From an uncultured beta proteobacterium (GTDB lineage: Bacteria > Pseudomonadota > Gammaproteobacteria > Burkholderiales > SG8-39): a stretch of DNA of 64,000 nt. Below, one piece after another: positions 62,438-64,000 of this stretch. The first letter of the stretch is position 1. Every line of letters starts with the position of its first letter. The notes beneath the pieces are model-generated. The model worked only from the letters and a program-made list of their open reading frames with translations, was not told the origin of the DNA and did no database searches. Made by a program: the position numbers and the translations under genes. The stretch is from positions 28,596-92,595 of the forward strand of contig CAVTJG010000019.1 in the NCBI GenBank assembly GCA_963735025.1. The letters are read 5' to 3'.

Positions 62438-63595
62438 ATGAGAGGTGCGCGCCTGCGGTTTATTTGGTTGTGTGTACTGCTCATCCTGCAGGGTTGTGCG
62501 AGCACGGGGCCCAACGGTCCGACGGGCGTGGTCGGAGGCAGCGCCGAACCTGACTACAAGTACCCGTGGGTCGTGGGGATTACTTCGTCGTGTCGCGGCG
62601 TCCTCATCCATCCGGAGTGGGTTTTGACCGCTGCGCACTGCATCCTGCCGGGCCCGGGGAACAAAACCGTATTTTATCGTCGCACGGATCCATACACGGG
62701 TACCGTTTACGAGGAATTCCGTGTTGATCCCGGCGGAGTGTTTGTACACCCGGAGCACAACGTCCCCAGCGTTGGGGACAATGACGTCGCGCTCATCAAA
62801 CTGGCGCAGCCGTTCAGCATCAGCCCATACATACAAACCGTGGGGCTGCCGTTGAGCCCGATTAAACCGGGCCTGGTCGGGACGGTCGCGTCGTTCAGTC
62901 ACACTATGATGCTCCCGCCGGACAAGGTCGCCGTCTTTCGCGCACCCATCCCGCCGCTCGGCTTCGGCCTGGCTTTTTTGATCGGCACCTCGGACGCGAC
63001 GGGCGCGTTGTGCCCTGGTGACAGCGGATCCGGGTTTGTGACGTACGAGAACGGTCGCGCCACGGTGCGGGGGATCCTCAGCGAAGCCTCGGGTGACTGC
63101 GTGACGCCCTCCGGCCACTTAGCGCGTTTCATAGACGTCTTTCTTTACCGGGATTGGATCCTCGAGACCATGCGTATGCCCGACTACTTCCTCGCCGGGA
63201 ACACACGCGTGCGCTGGAGTGGACGCGTGTCGCGCGGCGTGATGGGTATCGGCTGCCCCAATCGCTTCGGAACGATGTGGGGGCCGCTAAATGTGCTCGG
63301 CGTCGAGGAAGGCGCAAACTGCGAGGTCGGCCAGACCCAGACCGTCGTGTGCTCCCTAAGTGATGCACAAACCGGGTCGATAGGTACGGCGATCACCGGC
63401 TTTGCGATGAAGACCGAGTGCCCGCCTTTCGCCGCCTCGGTGGTGTCTTTGCCCTTTACGCCTACCTGGGCAAGCTATTTTGGCCCCGCGCCCGTCCACC
63501 CCGACCCTGTCGGTGTCTGCCGACGCGAGTTCACCTGCCGGGTCGGCCTGGCCAACGTCTACAATCCGGCAGACGACGGCGAGGCTACACGGTAG
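62438..63595 (+). CDS. Lipoprotein S1A (chymotrypsin-fold) serine protease with Cys-rich C-terminal domain
   Basis: Lipobox LQG-C; 'VVGG', 'WVLTAAHC', 'NDVALIKL', 'CPGDSGS'. Confidence 0.88.
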   Translation: MRGARLRFIWLCVLLILQGCASTGPNGPTGVVGGSAEPDYKYPWVVGITSSCRGVLIHPEWVLTAAHCILPGPGNKTVFYRRTDPYTGTVYEEFRVDPGGVFVHPEHNVPSVGDNDVALIKLAQPFSISPYIQTVGLPLSPIKPGLVGTVASFSHTMMLPPDKVAVFRAPIPPLGFGLAFLIGTSDATGALCPGDSGSGFVTYENGRATVRGILSEASGDCVTPSGHLARFIDVFLYRDWILETMRMPDYFLAGNTRVRWSGRVSRGVMGIGCPNRFGTMWGPLNVLGVEEGANCEVGQTQTVVCSLSDAQTGSIGTAITGFAMKTECPPFAASVVSLPFTPTWASYFGPAPVHPDPVGVCRREFTCRVGLANVYNPADDGEATR

Positions 63596-63743
63596 GGGTC
63601 TCTTTCATCAGTTTGCTATAGGGCAACTGTGAGCCTCTTCTTTTAATCCTCACCAAAGGTAGGCCCAAACATATGCCAGAAGCTGTGGATGCTCAGAACG
63701 AAACATAGGTCGATCTCGGACGGTCACCCCAGTCATCTTCGGT

Positions 63744-63770
63744 AAGAGCCCGCCGCGTGCGGGCTTTTTT
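63744..63770 (+). terminator. Intrinsic terminator
   Basis: AGCCCGC-CGCGT-GCGGGCT stem followed by T-run. Confidence 0.7.
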
Positions 63771-64000
63771 GTATCTGTGCTTCGGCGCGATCCGAACCCG
63801 GTGCCGCCGTGGGAGTGGAGGCGAAAGGCTCGGCAACAGCATCCGCGTCGGACAGCTTTACATTCTCACCGCTATTTCCCAGCGGCCGTCCGATCAACCC
63901 CTTGATTGCATTGCCGGGAAGATCGTAGGTGCATATCTTGCGTGCGCCTGTTGAACTCTAAGAAAGCCACCACGGAATAATAAATCCCCGAAAGAGGAAT

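Overview
GC-rich bacterial chromosome segment, most consistent with a betaproteobacterium (conserved rne-rluC-HAD-Rieske-S49-maf-yceD-rpmF-plsX-fabHDG-acpP-fabF-rpoE-rseAB-degP-lepAB-rnc-era-recO-pdxJ-acpS-nagZ-efp-uvrC-pgsA-tRNA-Gly/Cys synteny). 1-12.9 kb is the end of an accessory exopolysaccharide/PEP-CTERM locus (glycosyltransferases, FkbM methyltransferase, NDP-hexose C-methyltransferase module, Wza-like exporter, gmd/rmd, sugar-1-P nucleotidyltransferase, PEP-CTERM protein with a sigma54-type promoter, wcaJ). It is separated from tRNA-Cys by a decayed fatty-acid desaturase. 14-48 kb is core housekeeping. It is followed by a speA-CASDH-nspC-speB polyamine operon, pstSCAB-phoU with a Pho box, ghrA, panB, tRNA-Asn, and the start of a second accessory region (small Cys-rich ORF, IS1182 remnant, lipid-anchored chymotrypsin-type protease). 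The most notable items are an EF-P with an atypical HVHVGGRGG loop and no adjacent earP, a lipoprotein S1A zymogen whose activation would release it from the membrane, and a branched-sugar EPS pathway. Several single-base frameshifts in conserved genes suggest assembly indel errors. All calls come from reading motifs by eye; no searches were run.
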